Source: Lama glama (taxonomy: Eukaryota). From it: a stretch of 64,000 bases of DNA. Location: the NCBI GenBank assembly GCA_028534125.1, contig CM052839.1:8618001-8682000 (forward strand), written 5' to 3'. The translations under genes were made by a program, and so were the position numbers. The notes under the pieces are model-generated. The model saw nothing but the letters and a program-made list of their open reading frames with translations, ran no database searches and was not told the origin of the DNA. Shown here in pieces: positions 1 to 12,569 of this stretch; position 1 is the stretch's first letter; each line of letters begins with the position of its first letter.

Positions 1-615
1 CCCTTTCGATATGAAAAAATATAATGGATCCCTCTGATTATCTGGTTTTACGAGCACCGCTGTGCAAGGGTTACCTGGGGGACACAGCTTGAGAAGTGTT
101 GCCTTCCTTGCCTGAGTCTGCAGTTAAACTCTAGAAGTCTAAAACAGCAGGGTGACGGAGGACCAGGCAAGTAAGGGCTCTGGAATCTCGGAGGAAGAGG
201 AACTCGGGCGCCCGTCTCCTCCCCCTCCATCACTGCCTGCTCCCCCAGCCTGGCCCATTCTCCACTGCCGGAGGCCACGCCGCGCCCTGCGCCGCGGGCA
301 TGTGCCTCTCTCTGCTTCCTGCCCCAGAGCAGAGCCTCCCTGATTTCGCTTGACCAGCCTTCTCATAACTGCTGACCACAGAGACTTCGTCCTTTGCGCT
401 AGATCCTCAGACTCTGGCAACAGAGACAGATGGCTTCACTCCCACCTCCCTTATTGTCTTCAGTTCTTGTGTAAACCTTATCTTTCTGAGCCTTAGTTTT
501 TCAGCTGTTAAAAAAAAGAAGATAAGCTGGTTATCAAAGTGAGCTTGTATAAAACATGTGATGTGTCCGACATTGTCTGTCTGCCCTGAACTTCCATATT
601 TTAGGCAGAGAGGCT

Positions 616-900
616 CTAAGGTGTAACAGTTAAGGGTGTGGGCGGGCTCTAGAACCTAGACTCACCTCCCAGCCCTGCCATTCACCGGCTGTGTGACCTT
701 GGGAAAACCCACTGCCCTTTGCCTTGATTTCCCCATCTCTGAAATGGGAATCACAATACCACCTACCTGAGAGGGTTGTTGTAAGGAATAAAGGAGTTAA
801 AATAAAGATACGGATATATAGATGACACAGAGGCAGACAGACAGACAGGTAGGTAGGGGTAGATATATATGGCGCTTAGTGTATAACACATAGTAAGCAG
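616..900 (+). mobile_element. MIR SINE (old, interrupted by a short GACA/GGTA simple repeat)
   Basis: MIR core 'ctgtgtgaccttgggaaaa...ttccccatctctgaaatgggaat...gagggttgttgtaaggaataaaggag', with 3' part 'cacatagtaagca'. Confidence 0.85.
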
Positions 901-1716
901 TATCTTTATGTCTAAAGTAGGAAGAATCTTCCCACTTATGTGACAGCTTTCCTGAGGTCGTTTTGATGTGCTGAACAATCATGTTGTTATTAATTTGGAA
1001 TGACCATATTCATAGACATGTCAGTAAGATTTTGTATCTGCAGTATTGCAGCCCTCAGCACGTGCCATTCATGAAGTCGTAATGAAGAATATTGGTCGTA
1101 CTGTTACCAATTTTTTGTTTTATAGTTTGACCTGGTATTGGTATTTATATCTAGAAATGTCCATAAAATCTTCCTAGCTGAGCTGTGTAATATTTTTTTT
1201 GAAAATAAGAGAAATGTAGAGAATCCTAGAATTACTAAAATGCATGTTTTTTTAAATGTCTCTTGGTATCTTAGAATGTGTTAAGTGTAAATTTATCTCA
1301 TGTCCTATTTTTATTTACTTATATATATATAAAATTGAGTTATTCAGAAGGGTGAAATACAATGGTATTAAATAGATGCTGAAAGAAGAAATTTCTTGAG
1401 ATTTTTCAGTGGAAATACTTGAGAAAGAATTCCTTCTGCTAGCCTTTCATTTTTTCCCTGTTATTTCTTAAGCAGTTCATCAATAGTATATCTCCACCAA
1501 ATAACTGTCCTTCCATGATTTCTGGTGCCTGGTAACTTTAAAGGAAAAGGTTTTGCGTTTCTATTTTTTAAGCGGACCTTTGCAGTTACATTGTGTTTGT
1601 TGACAAGCAGTGCTGGTTTTGCATGTTGGCCTGCAAAGCTCTAGTGAGGTTAGACTTATGTTTGTGGCACCCAGCAATTAACTTCTAGGTCTTTCACTGA
1701 TCAATATTCAGTCTTC

Positions 1717-1802
1717 GAGGGGGTGAGGGGTATAGCACAGTGGTGGGGCACATGCTTAGCATGCCTGAGATCCTGGGTTCAATCCCCAGTACCTCCATTA
1801 AC

Positions 1803-1842
<40 letters not shown>

Positions 1843-1854
1843 AATAAATTTAAA
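1717..1854 (+). mobile_element. tRNA-Ala-derived SINE (vic-1-like, camelid) with (GAT)13 tail
   Basis: tRNA-Ala(AGC)-like body 'ggggtatagcacagtgg...cttagcatg...gggttcaatccccagtacctcca'. Flanked by a near-perfect target-site duplication aatattcagtcttc (1703-1716) / aatattaagccttc (1855-1868). Confidence 0.9.
1804..1842 (+). repeat. (GAT)13 microsatellite in SINE tail
   Basis: 13 perfect GAT units read directly from the sequence. Confidence 0.97.
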
Positions 1855-1949
1855 AATATTAAGCCTTCAAACACAAGGTATATTGTGCAATTAGTGATTA
1901 GGTCTAGGCAGCCCTTGGCAAAATTAACCTGATCCTTTTGGTAAAAATG

Positions 1950-2540
1950 TGTTTTTATTTTGGTAAAGTATACCTAACATAAATTGTACCATTGTAACAG
2001 TTATTAAGCATGCAGTTCAGTGGCATTAAGTACATCTACACTGCTGTGCAGCCATCACCACCATTCATCCACAGAACTTTTTCATCTTCCCAAATGAAAA
2101 TTCTGTCCCCATTGAAGACCAGCTTCCCATTCCTCGCCCACCAGCCCTGGTCAGCCACCACTCTGCTTCCTGTGTCTACGCACATGACTACCCTGGGTAC
2201 CTCATAAAACTGGAACCATACAGCACTTGTCCTTTGTACCTGGCTTATTTCATGTAGCACAATGCCTTCAATATTGCTCTAGGTTGCACCATGTGTCAGG
2301 AATGCCTTCCTTTTTTAGGCGAATATTCCATTGTATGTATAGACCACTTTTTGTGTATCCATTTATCTGTCAGTGGACTCGGGTTGCTTCCACCTCTAGG
2401 CTGTTGCGAATAGTGCCCCTGTGAACAGGAGTGTGTAAGTATCAGTTCAGGTCTTTGTTTTTTTGTGTATATACTCAGAAGTGGATTGCTGAATCAAATT
2501 ACAACCCAGTGTTAAATTTTGGAGGGGAACCACCACACCA
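1950..2540 (-). mobile_element. L1 (L1MB-like) 3' end, antisense
   Basis: 'aaattgtaccattgtaac...ttcagtggcattaagtacatc...ccatcaccaccattcatccacagaactttttcatc...gaagtggattgctgaatca' is typical of a reverse-complemented L1MB 3' UTR. Confidence 0.85.
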
Positions 2541-2979
2541 ACCTGACCTTCTGTCTTGCGTCTAGCCTTTAGACTCTTAGGTACTGCCTCGTAGGTTTTG
2601 TTTGTTTCGTTTTTAATCTGATCAAGCCCACTTGCAGGCAGGAGTCAGGGACTTCTGCAGCCTGAGAGGGCGGGCAAGTAGGGTGAACGGTGAGGTCCTG
2701 GGCCCTCCCCGGTTGGGAGGTGTAATAGGAGACCCTAGTAAAGTGAGGCCCCAAAGAGCTGTGACCTTAGGGTAGAAGTGGACCAGAACTAGACTTGCCC
2801 TGGGGGATTGTGGGGAAGGCAGCCTTGGCACTGAACAGAACAGGAGAAGGAAAAAAAAAGGGAAAGCTATCATTCCTGACACGTTGTGGTCACAGAAAGG
2901 CCCTCCGGTGCATCTGTACCCTGGGTAGCCACACTCACCTGTTCTCGCACCAGGCGCCTGGTGAAAAAAAAGAACAGTG

Positions 2980-3400
2980 AAATGCCTCTTTGAAGGAGAG
3001 CATATTTATTCTTGGTCTCTGGGAACCAACCACAAATAAAATTTTCAGGGCAATGACCAGCACGCACTCAAAGATAACCTAGCATATCTGGAAACAGCAC
3101 ACCGTGGGCAAGGACCAGCCACAGACCCCACAATCCAGTCTGCACAGACTTGCAGTATTAGCATTATCAGATGTAGATTACAAAATCAATTATTTTCACA
3201 TTTAAAGAAGGACATGACAGTCTTGCAAGTATCTTCAGAGAATAGGAAACTGTAAAGAGTAACAAAATTTGAAAAAGGGATCAAATAGAACTTCTACAAA
3301 TAAAAAATAACTGAAATTCAAGATTCAGTGGGCATATTTGATACCAGCAGAAGAAAGACTCAACCAGAGGACAGATAAGAAAAAATTAAACCATATTCCC
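2980..3400 (+). mobile_element. Old L1 fragment (5'/ORF1 region)
   Basis: A-rich stretch 'atcaaatagaacttctacaaataaaaaataactgaaattcaagattcagtgggc...cagcagaagaaagac' resembles degenerate L1 ORF1. Confidence 0.6.
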
Positions 3401-5454
3401 TTTCTGTAAATGCTAGCATTTATGAAAAGATGTCCAAATGCCATGGAAGTTAAATTATGGTCTTAAGGAAGGCATCTCGGGGGCAAGGGCTTGGTGCAAG
3501 AGCCTCAAGACGTAGCAAAGAGTTAATCCCTTGCTGTTCTCAAATGCAAGGCCAAGTTGATCATTGATGTGTAAACACACACACACACATAGTACATGAA
3601 ACTGCAAGCAAGGTATGTTTTAACTATGTGGGGGGTGGGAATTAAGCAACTCCGGTAACTCAGGCGCTGTTCACACCGCAGTTGATGACTGTTTAACCAA
3701 GAGGACGTGAGTGAGCTGAGAATAGCAGTGGGCACAGCATCACTGTACTTAAGGGAGCGCAGAAATAGGCTGTGAACCGTGAAACGGTCTTTTGTTTTCC
3801 TACCATCAGCACATCTTCCTTGCTGATCCGGTATATCAGTCATAGACGCTTTCGCAATGAGGAAGTGTCTAGTTGTAAGTGCAGATCCATTTGCCAGGGG
3901 GCCACACAGAAGGGCCGACGATGAATTTGTTTGTTCAGTTGCTAACAAAGGATTCAAGCACCTCTTTGTGAACCTTTCGCTCGGGAGCCTGGGCTTTAAA
4001 GTTTTTACTGGGATCTTTGCGTGGTTTTTCCTCCCTTTTTCTTGACCCACCCCCACCCCAGTAATAGCGTCAAGCAGAAAACAGTATTGTTTTTCTCCAG
4101 CTTCTAAACGCAAATTAGGCTGATACTTCCCATCGATACCTCTACGTATGTTCAGATCTGTTATTTGTACTAAGGGCATCTACATAAAAGCGGGATCTTT
4201 GTAATTGCATTTTAAATATTCATTGTGCCTTGTCCTCATTAGAATTCAAAATAGAGCCTCGTCTGAGTCTGACGGACGGAGCCAATTGTGAAGGCCAGAC
4301 TGAGCGTTCTGAATGACTCGGGGTGAGGGACAGTGTTGCTTCTCAGCATATTGACTATTACGTAATGTTGTCTAAGCACATGTATTGTGATTTTTCGCAG
4401 CGATTCAGTGGTGTGGTTAGAAATTAGCCCAGCTGGCATTGCATTAACAGGATCTCAATCTGGAACCACTGGATTTGCCTTCCACGCCTCGGAATGTGGT
4501 GTCTTAAGGAGGCAGAGCAATTTGGTGGTTGAGATGGTCCAGCACAGCCTGGGCGTGGAGCCAGGCAAACCTGGGTCAGTTTGGGCTCTGCCACTTACAA
4601 CCTGGGTGAATCTAGGCTCAAAATGAGGGTAACGTGGTTATTCCACAGAGTAAATGAGAGCAAGTTGGGTGGCATAGTGACCAGTTCCAGTGAGTCCTCA
4701 GTCCATGGCAGCTATGTGAAAACGTGGGTTGAAGTCGGTCGTTGAGAGCCGCCTTCATAAATGAGACTCAGAGGCTCTTACCTCTCTTTAAAGCCAGCCT
4801 AGAAAAGTCTTTAAGGAGAATAGTGATGATCTCAGTGAGTCATGCAGGGATGTTGCGGAGCTGGGAAGTTTGCATCCTCATTCAGTCAGAAATGGAGTGG
4901 ATTGTTTTGGGGTTTTTTCCCCCAAATAAACTGAAATTTACAATTTTGTGGCTGGCACTATTACCAGTCATGAAATTAGTAAAAGCTACCTCTAGTGCTT
5001 ATGCAGATGGAGGTGGAGCTGTCTTACGTCTGTATAGCACAAAACTCACTTTTCCTTCTATTAGCTCTTTTGAATCTAACCAAAATAGATAAGAAACTGA
5101 ATTCTACGTTGTCTGGTTTATTTAATGACCTGAGAGACAAGTTAATCTTTCAAGGAGTTTTTAAAACCCTACCACAAACACAAGCAGCTAATTTGGAGCA
5201 AAAGAATCACTATATGGATCCTTTTATTTATCTTAACGGTTTATCGAGAATATTCTTTGCTCTTGTTTCCTTATGTCTTTCTCTTAACGCTCCTTCGTTG
5301 AGAGGAGCTGGTTAAATTCCTCAACTCCCCTGTCCTGTACATGTGTGTGTGCCTGTCTCTAACCCACTGTCACCTTTCCTTCAGTCTCTGGAGAGATGCC
5401 CTGTCTCCCACTAATGCTTGTCTGCCTCCAGAGCCGCCTTGTCCTGAGCGCTGC

Positions 5455-5600
5455 CTTTCCCATTCATTCATTCATTCATTTCTCCTTCCACACCAACACA
5501 GTTACTGGGCATCCTCTGTGTGCCGGGCACCAGGCTCGGTGCTGGAGCTGAAAGGTACCGGCGCCCAGTTCCTGCCCTCGGGGAACCGAGAGTGGAGGAG
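5455..5600 (-). mobile_element. L2 3' end fragment
   Basis: (CATT)n tail followed by 'ttactgggcatcctctgtgtgccgggcacc...gctgga'. Confidence 0.65.
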
Positions 5601-6475
5601 AGGGACACTGGGTTCATCGGTCACTTCAGAGACGTGTGCCTGGGCCAGGCTGGGAGCTGGGCGACGGCAGCTTATCAGTGCTTTCTTTATGTACCGTTAA
5701 AATTTTATAAGCCTATGCTACTTTTGTAATTAAAGAATTAAAATTTTAAAGAAGATGTGCTTCTACGCTTAGTATTTTGATACTTCTAGTCATTTTTTCT
5801 ATAAATAGTATTTTGACAAGATGATGATAATACTGTATTTTTAGCCCTTCTTTTTAACGTTTTATTATAAACCTATTTTTCTTTGAGAACCTTGAATACC
5901 ATCCTATCAAATAGATGTACTGTCATTTACTTAAGCACTCATGTTTGGGGGCTTTTAGATCATTTTCTCATCCTGCTATGTCAGTGACTCTGTCTTCTGT
6001 GCATAAAACTTTTCTCTGTATTCAGAACTTCTGTCAGGTAGGGCATTGGTGAGGGCGCTTCCAGGGTCAGGATCAGAGACTGCCTCTGGCTGTCTTACAT
6101 CGACGGGCCCCTGGTTGGAAGGTTGTTTGAGGCCCAGAGAAGTGACAGGGAGTTGGAGGGCCGTCCCTGCACAAGGGGAGTGAGGACAGGATGCCCCAAG
6201 CAGGGTTGTTGCGTGACGCCACTGCCTCTGACCATCTCCGCCTCTCTCGGTCAGCAGAGCAGCGCCAAGCTGGCTGACCTGGCTGCCAAGGGTGGGCAGA
6301 GGAAGAGTCTGGCCGAGTTAGACTTCACATGATGGATCTTCCCGTCAGGATGGAAATGGAGGTTGGATCTGAGCAGCCAGCGGTGGGGGGACCAGAACAA
6401 AACATGTTCATTACAGATGTATTTCCCCAGTAGACTTACTCAGGCCCAGGGTGGGAGCATTGCTCACTCAGTATA

Positions 6476-6747
6476 CAAGCATATGTCAATTTATTGTAAT
6501 TTGCTTTTATAGTACTTAACAGATACTGCACTTTTTGTTTTTGTTTGGTTTACAAATTGAAAGTTTGCGGCAACCCTGCATTGTTAGATAATGGTTATTA
6601 GCATTTTTTAGCAATAGAGAATTTTAAAATTATGGTATGTACATTGTTTTTTTAGACATAATGCTTTTGTACCCTTACTAGACTACAGTATACAGTGTAA
6701 ACATAACGTATATGCTTGTGTGGCTTGCTTTCTTGTGATATTTGCTA
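6476..6747 (+). mobile_element. Tigger1 internally deleted derivative (TcMar DNA transposon)
   Basis: Tigger1 5' sequence 'cagatactgc...tacaaattgaaagtttgcggcaaccctgc' is fused directly to its 3' sequence 'ttagcattttttagcaat...ggtatgtacattgtttttttagacataatgct...agactacagtata...gtgtaaacataac'. Confidence 0.9.
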
Positions 6748-8254
6748 GAAGAGAGAGACCGGCAGGCTGGGACCAGCTCATGCAGAGTGGTTGTGCTAAT
6801 TCAGTCTCCCTTTGTCTGTCTTTTTTCCCTCTGCTGTCTTCTATTGAAGACCTACCGGGGCTCAGTCCTTTGCTTTTTTTTTTTTCTTGGCACTTTCTTC
6901 TTTAAGCTACTTCATCAACTCTTGGATGGGCTTGTGGGCCACTCACAGCTCTGCATCTCAGACCCGGATGTCACCTGAATCTCAAGGTCTCTGTCTCCAT
7001 CTGCCACCTGGTTTCTCCTGACTGCGCCCCACTTCCTCTCAGTCTGTACGTGTCCTTTATGGACTTGTTGTCTTTAGCCCTGGGTAAGCTTCCTCTGCCA
7101 CTGCTTCCCATTTCCTCAGGCTGGAAACTTCCTTCTCCCTTGCACGTACCTTCAGGGGCCAGACGGAACCCTTCACGAGGGCAGCGGGCCACTGTGCTTA
7201 CCTCCAGGGCAAATGAGAGAGTGGACCAGAGTTTTGCCAAGTGGGAATGCGAAGCCAGATCACCTGTGTGTTTATTTTTTTTTACAAGATGCCTGAAATC
7301 TGGATCTTGAAGTGAGTCTCCCGATATCTTAGTGTTGACAGCAAATGAACATCTTAAAAATTCCACATGGGCCAAACAAAATGAGTGGTGCTGTTCTGCA
7401 CTTGGGGCCTCTCTCTCTCCTCTGTGTGGTCAAGCCCTGGGCCTGTCTGAGGATGACTCTGAAATCTCTCCCCGCCACCCCCATCATCGCTTTCTCCTCT
7501 CACCACTCTGTTTCTGGCTCTAGCCACAGTGATGTACCCATTAAAAATAATAACGAAGACGTCTGTTTATTGGTACAGGAAAAGGTGCATGATTGTAACT
7601 TTGATCTTATTTGCATACACTGTGGCCCCCATGCTGTGGATTTGGTATTTGAACACAGCAAATGTCTGCCCGGCTACCAGTGTTACCAAGACAAATGAGA
7701 TGAGTCCCGCTGATTACGGTTCCCTTATTTCTTAAATATACCTTTTTCAGTTGATTTAGAACTGTTTCCTTCCCTCGCCATAATCTGCTGTATATTTTAA
7801 AGACACGACCGTTCTCCATTGTGGAGACAAGATACGAGGCAGTGAAACCATAAGAGCGTAAAATTCTTAGGAGACCTGCTTCTGAAATCCTAGAGAACGC
7901 TGCAGTGCTCTGATGAATACGCTGGAATTGCTCGATTCTCATTTCAGAAGCTAAAATGAGCAATGTGCACACCCACCCTTCTCTTGGCGCTTGTAAATAC
8001 TCCCCTCAGGGGCCCGTGGGTGCTCGTGACGTTTGTGTAATGCACGTGTGACGCGTTTGTGGCCAGATGTCTTTTACATGTGACCACATCACTGTCACCC
8101 GCGTTGGTTTTGGGTTCCTGCTGTGGAAAAGCCTGTTTTTCTGCTAACAGCATTTGTTTGGGGATTGAGAGGAGGAGCAATAGGTTCCAGTGTTGATGCT
8201 TCAGCTTAATCCAGGCAAAATGAAGCCTCTGCGAGAAGCACAAAATTGGAAAAC

Positions 8255-8475
8255 CTGTATTTAATGGAAGGTGATTGATAAGGGCTGACAGCCTCAGAGG
8301 CCGCCACGCTTTTATAATCTGTTACGAGGCAGTGACTTTTGCTGTCATCGAGGGGCCAGAAATGATCACAAAGGAGAATCATCTTTTGATTATTGTTTTT
8401 GCTCGGTGTGGGTTGGAAAGATAAGGTGTGATTTCCAAGAGCAACTTCTGTTGTTATGGGGTAATAATTACACCG
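8255..8475. promoter_or_regulatory. Candidate developmental enhancer (PBX/MEIS/HOX/GATA motif cluster)
   Basis: Repeat-free block with TGATTGAT (8272-8279), TGACAG (8286-8291), CTGTCA (8342-8347), TTTATAA, two GATAAG and TAATTA. Motif evidence only. Confidence 0.4.
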
Positions 8476-10684
8476 TGCAGGCTTGGCTGGTGCTGCTCCC
8501 CTGGGACGTGTTTGTGCATGTTTTCTGGCCCTGTCTGCTCAATGGTGAGTCCGTCTGCTTTCAGCCAGCACCGCAGGACCAGCAGGTACTGGCTGAGGTT
8601 AGAAGGACATCGGTGGGCCTGGGAGAGAGCATGTTTTGTGTGCTCAAGGTGTTCTTTACCTCGATTATTTGTCTACTACTTAGAGGAAGAAAAGCACCCC
8701 AAATCCTGCTCAAGGTGTCTTGCCAGCCCAACCTAACTTTTCAAGAGTTCAGCGTTACGCTCTCCCTCATGCATCAATTTTATTTTATATTTGTAAATTG
8801 AAATGAAGAATTGGATTCTAGTTGTGACCGAAATTACTGAAACTGGGTGAGTCCAGGAAGGAAGTCACCTGATGTCATTTTTACATGTAAGATCAACAGT
8901 GGAGACTAAACGGTCTTTGAGGTTGCATCCGACTCTGCCACCCACTTTCGTACCCCTTTGAAGACGGTTAGCGCCTTCCCTCCGCCCGGCGTGTGCACGC
9001 ACGCGCACACACACAGGTAAATCAGATATGAGCCAGGGCGCTGGGCCAGAACTTTGTTGATTTCCTTTCATACAGGGAGGTTGGCACTTGCAGAGTCAGG
9101 TCCTTCCTGAATGGGGACTTTCACCTTCAGTGTTATGTATTCCTGCATCTATTGAAAAAAATTGTTGTCAAACATGTATTTTTTTCTCATCACAACAAAA
9201 CAAAGAAGATAGGGAAATTTTTTAATGGAAGATACAGAGAAAGTTTGTTGGGTTTTAATGTATTTGTGTAGGAAAATAAAGGAATGGGGTTACTGAGCGT
9301 AACTTCTGGGTTCAGTGTTCATAAGTGACTGGTAGAGATTCCTCACACTTTTCTCTCAAGTTGGCGTTAACAGCTCTAGGGCTATTTTTAGTTGAATTTT
9401 TAAAAAGTTAGCTGTGTTTTTTTGAAAAACGTTTCCTAAAATTTAAGTTCTTGGTACATGTTTTCACGCCTCTCTCGCCTCTTAAAAATTGTCACTGTAA
9501 AATGGATTAAATGGACATGTGGCCGATTTCAGGGTTATTCAAGTCACAGTTGTTCACAAGTGGATTATCTTCTTTGTGTATTATTGAAACGGAAATTCAG
9601 ATAGGATGGCCTTCCTGACTTCCAGTGCCTGCCGCCCTGTTGCAGAGGCTCCCTCGCCCCAGCCAGTTACTGGTGTGTGCCCAGAGAATGAGATAGTTTT
9701 ACTTCAACAAGAGCCGTGACCCCAGTGTTGCTTATGAGATACAGTAACCACTGATAAATAAAGCTGAGTAGAAACAAAGTGAAAGGAGTTGTCGTATCTT
9801 CAGGAATTATAATAATTAATACCTGGCAACTGTAATTTCTCACTGTTCAGAACATCTCTGCTGCCCTGTCCACGAGTAAGTCCCTGCGCCGACTTCTGCT
9901 CACTGAGCATCGTGGTTCACGGCAGTGCCCATGTGAAAAGCGGCTCAGCCGCAGGGTGGTGCATCCAGTCCAGGGCCCTGATATTAATGTTTAAAGACCT
10001 TGACCCTAGGCCTGGTTGCATTAATGACAGGTTCTCTCAGCTCTAGGGATCCGTCCATCGGCTCCAGCAGAGCCTCACCAGCGACACACTTCTTCTTCGC
10101 TGGCTCACCTTTTCTTTCCATCTCAGAGCCAAGCAGTAATGTCAATTTCCAGTCACTGAACCAGCATTAAATTCCTTAGAAAGATTGATTCGGGGCTCAT
10201 TTTAAATCACTGTGGGGTTTTCTCTATCTACAAGTGTGAACACTGAGATCAATTTCTCCGGATTAGCAGCAAAATTGTCTTCGTATTGGACTTGGGCGTC
10301 AGCAGTCCGTGTCGCGGGCCTCCGCCCACCGAGGGCGCGCCTGCAGCTCGCACCCCGCTGCCCGGGCCACCGGAGCCTGCGGGGGGTGCCCGCCGGGGCC
10401 TTGGTGGGGCGTACGTCTGCTGAGCAGCCTCCAGTGTTCTTCCACGAGTTGATTTATGGTGATAAGAGCCCTCCTTTCTGTTTTGGCCCACAAAGCCGGT
10501 AATTCCTTTCAAAATGACATTTGGATTTTTAAACATAAGAGAGGTCTTATTTCTTTAAAAAATTTTTCCACAAAGATGGATCTGAGATTTTTCATCATTG
10601 TATTAACATTTGTCTGGTATGACTTCTTACCTATAAGCACACAGAGAAATGGAAAGAAAATTGAAAGGGGTCCCTTTTAAAGAT

Positions 10685-10805
10685 GAATAAATACGGTGGT
10701 GATTGTAGCACGGCAGTGTGAATGTGCTTAGTCCCACTGAACCGTGCGCTTAGAAACGCTTAAGGCAGTAAATTTTGTTATGTGTATTTACCACAATAAA
10801 GATTT
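10685..10805 (+). mobile_element. L1MB-type extreme 3' end
   Basis: 'ggtgattgtagcac...gtgaatgtgcttagtcccactgaaccgtgcgcttag...aaattttgttatgtgtatttaccacaataaa'. Confidence 0.85.
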
Positions 10806-12569
10806 TTTTTCCTATTTACAAAATGAGTGAATACTTGGTGTGCCCCAGTCCATGAGATTATGGCAAAGTTAGAATGATACAAGGTCTAAAATTCCTTGGC
10901 ATCTTTGTATGGAGGTTCCATATGACCATTTTTCGTGTGATGTGGTAACAGAATCTTAATTATGATCTGTGTAGCTTTGCTTTAGCCAAATAGAGACAGG
11001 AGCAAAAATGGTCTCAAAAAGTAAAGGACATCTGAAAAAGAAATATAAGTGGGTTAAGCATTATAGTGGCTGGATCTTGTTCTTGCCATTCCTATTAATA
11101 TTACTAAAGCACGGGTAGCTGATCCTTGATATATTCCTCCGTACAAAATATTGGCAACTTATTTCTGAAACCTGGAAGGCGAGGTTTATGCCTGGGCTGT
11201 TTGGTTTGTAGAGACCTCTCCATCCTTAGTTCGACAGCAGGCACGTCTTCCCCTGACTTTTCATTCCTTAGAAGAATCTGGACTCCCAGTGCTCCCAATA
11301 GGCAGTCATCCCCTTCGTGATCCACATGTGCATCTCTTTTGCCTCTTTTTTCAACTCGGCTTTTCATTCTTGTTTTCTTAACGTATCATCTAGAACTGCT
11401 TCCTGTGGTTTTGCTTCCTACGTTAGTACTTCTTAAGGCCCGTCTTGTATTTTTGGTGGCATCTGATGGCTCCAGTCAATTCAATACTCAGAATGTGCCA
11501 GTGGCATAAGTTCAAGACCTTGGGCGCATTTTTTAGAACAAAAGCCCTCTTAGCCTGTAAGTACTGAAGAAATGTATTTCTAAGCACTTTGCGAAGTAGA
11601 GACAATGATCGTGACATAAGTTTATATGTAAAGGGAGGGGAAAAGGAGAACCACTGGAAGGAGCTTCTCTGTGTCCTTTGACCACTTCTTCTAATCCTTA
11701 CCAAGCTGAGCATAATGTAACTTGCCTTTGGCAAACCAGAGAAGATTCATCTGCTTAAAGGCATATATGGATTTTGTGGGAAAAGAGAAAATTACTACTT
11801 TTCCAATAGTAACCCTCAAAATGAGCCCAGTGGTTTTGTATCCAAGTCTTTCTGTCCAAGGTGACACACACACTTGTTTATCTATACCACTCAATCTGGG
11901 GACTCTGGAATGCCTGGGAAGCTGTTCAGTTTGTAGATGATGAAAGGTCATGAGGAGCCCTTGCGAGAATTTCTGCTCAGGGATTTGAGGCTCTCTATTC
12001 AGCCTTTCCTCCCAGGGCTGACGTGTTTATTTGGAGGGTAGTAACTCCCTCAGACAGTAATAGCTCTTTTCCACCATATTAACGTTCACAGTTGGGATCA
12101 AGCTCCTTAGCGCCTGAGAGAGGATGCTGTAAATAATCCTAAGTAGGTTTCTCTGAGCAAACAGCCCAGTAGCATTAGCGGCCCCCGAGGGGCTCACTTG
12201 GACAGGCTCTGGACCATGACATCAGCCCATCAGGTGGAGCCTCAGCTCGCCCATCTTGAAGCGGCGTCTCCGGCTCTGGGGTCCTGTGCTCTTCCTGTAA
12301 TCCCTATGCTCTTCCCTCTCCCCTCCCTCCTCTCTCTCTTTCTAGTGTTTTTTCCTTCCTCTTTCCTGTTTCCTCTCAGTCAGTTCCAGTCTTCTCTCCC
12401 CACCACTCTTCTCTGTTCATCATCTCAGTCAAGAGTCTGCCTTTTACCGGCCTTACTCCTCAGCCTCACCCCACCCTGTCAGCCAGCATCCATAACGCCC
12501 TGCCATCCCCTGGCTTGTTTTGTCTGCCCCAGCCAGTTACTGTCTCTCCTTGATATGTCACAGAGCATG

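Noticed and set aside
1723-1932. 69-aa ORF with a poly-Asp tract
   Set aside because: It is the translation of a SINE body and its (GAT)13 tail.
3523-4179. 218-aa minus-strand ORF as a single-exon gene
   Set aside because: There is no recognisable homology, it reads through a (TG)n repeat, and it lacks evident promoter or polyA context.
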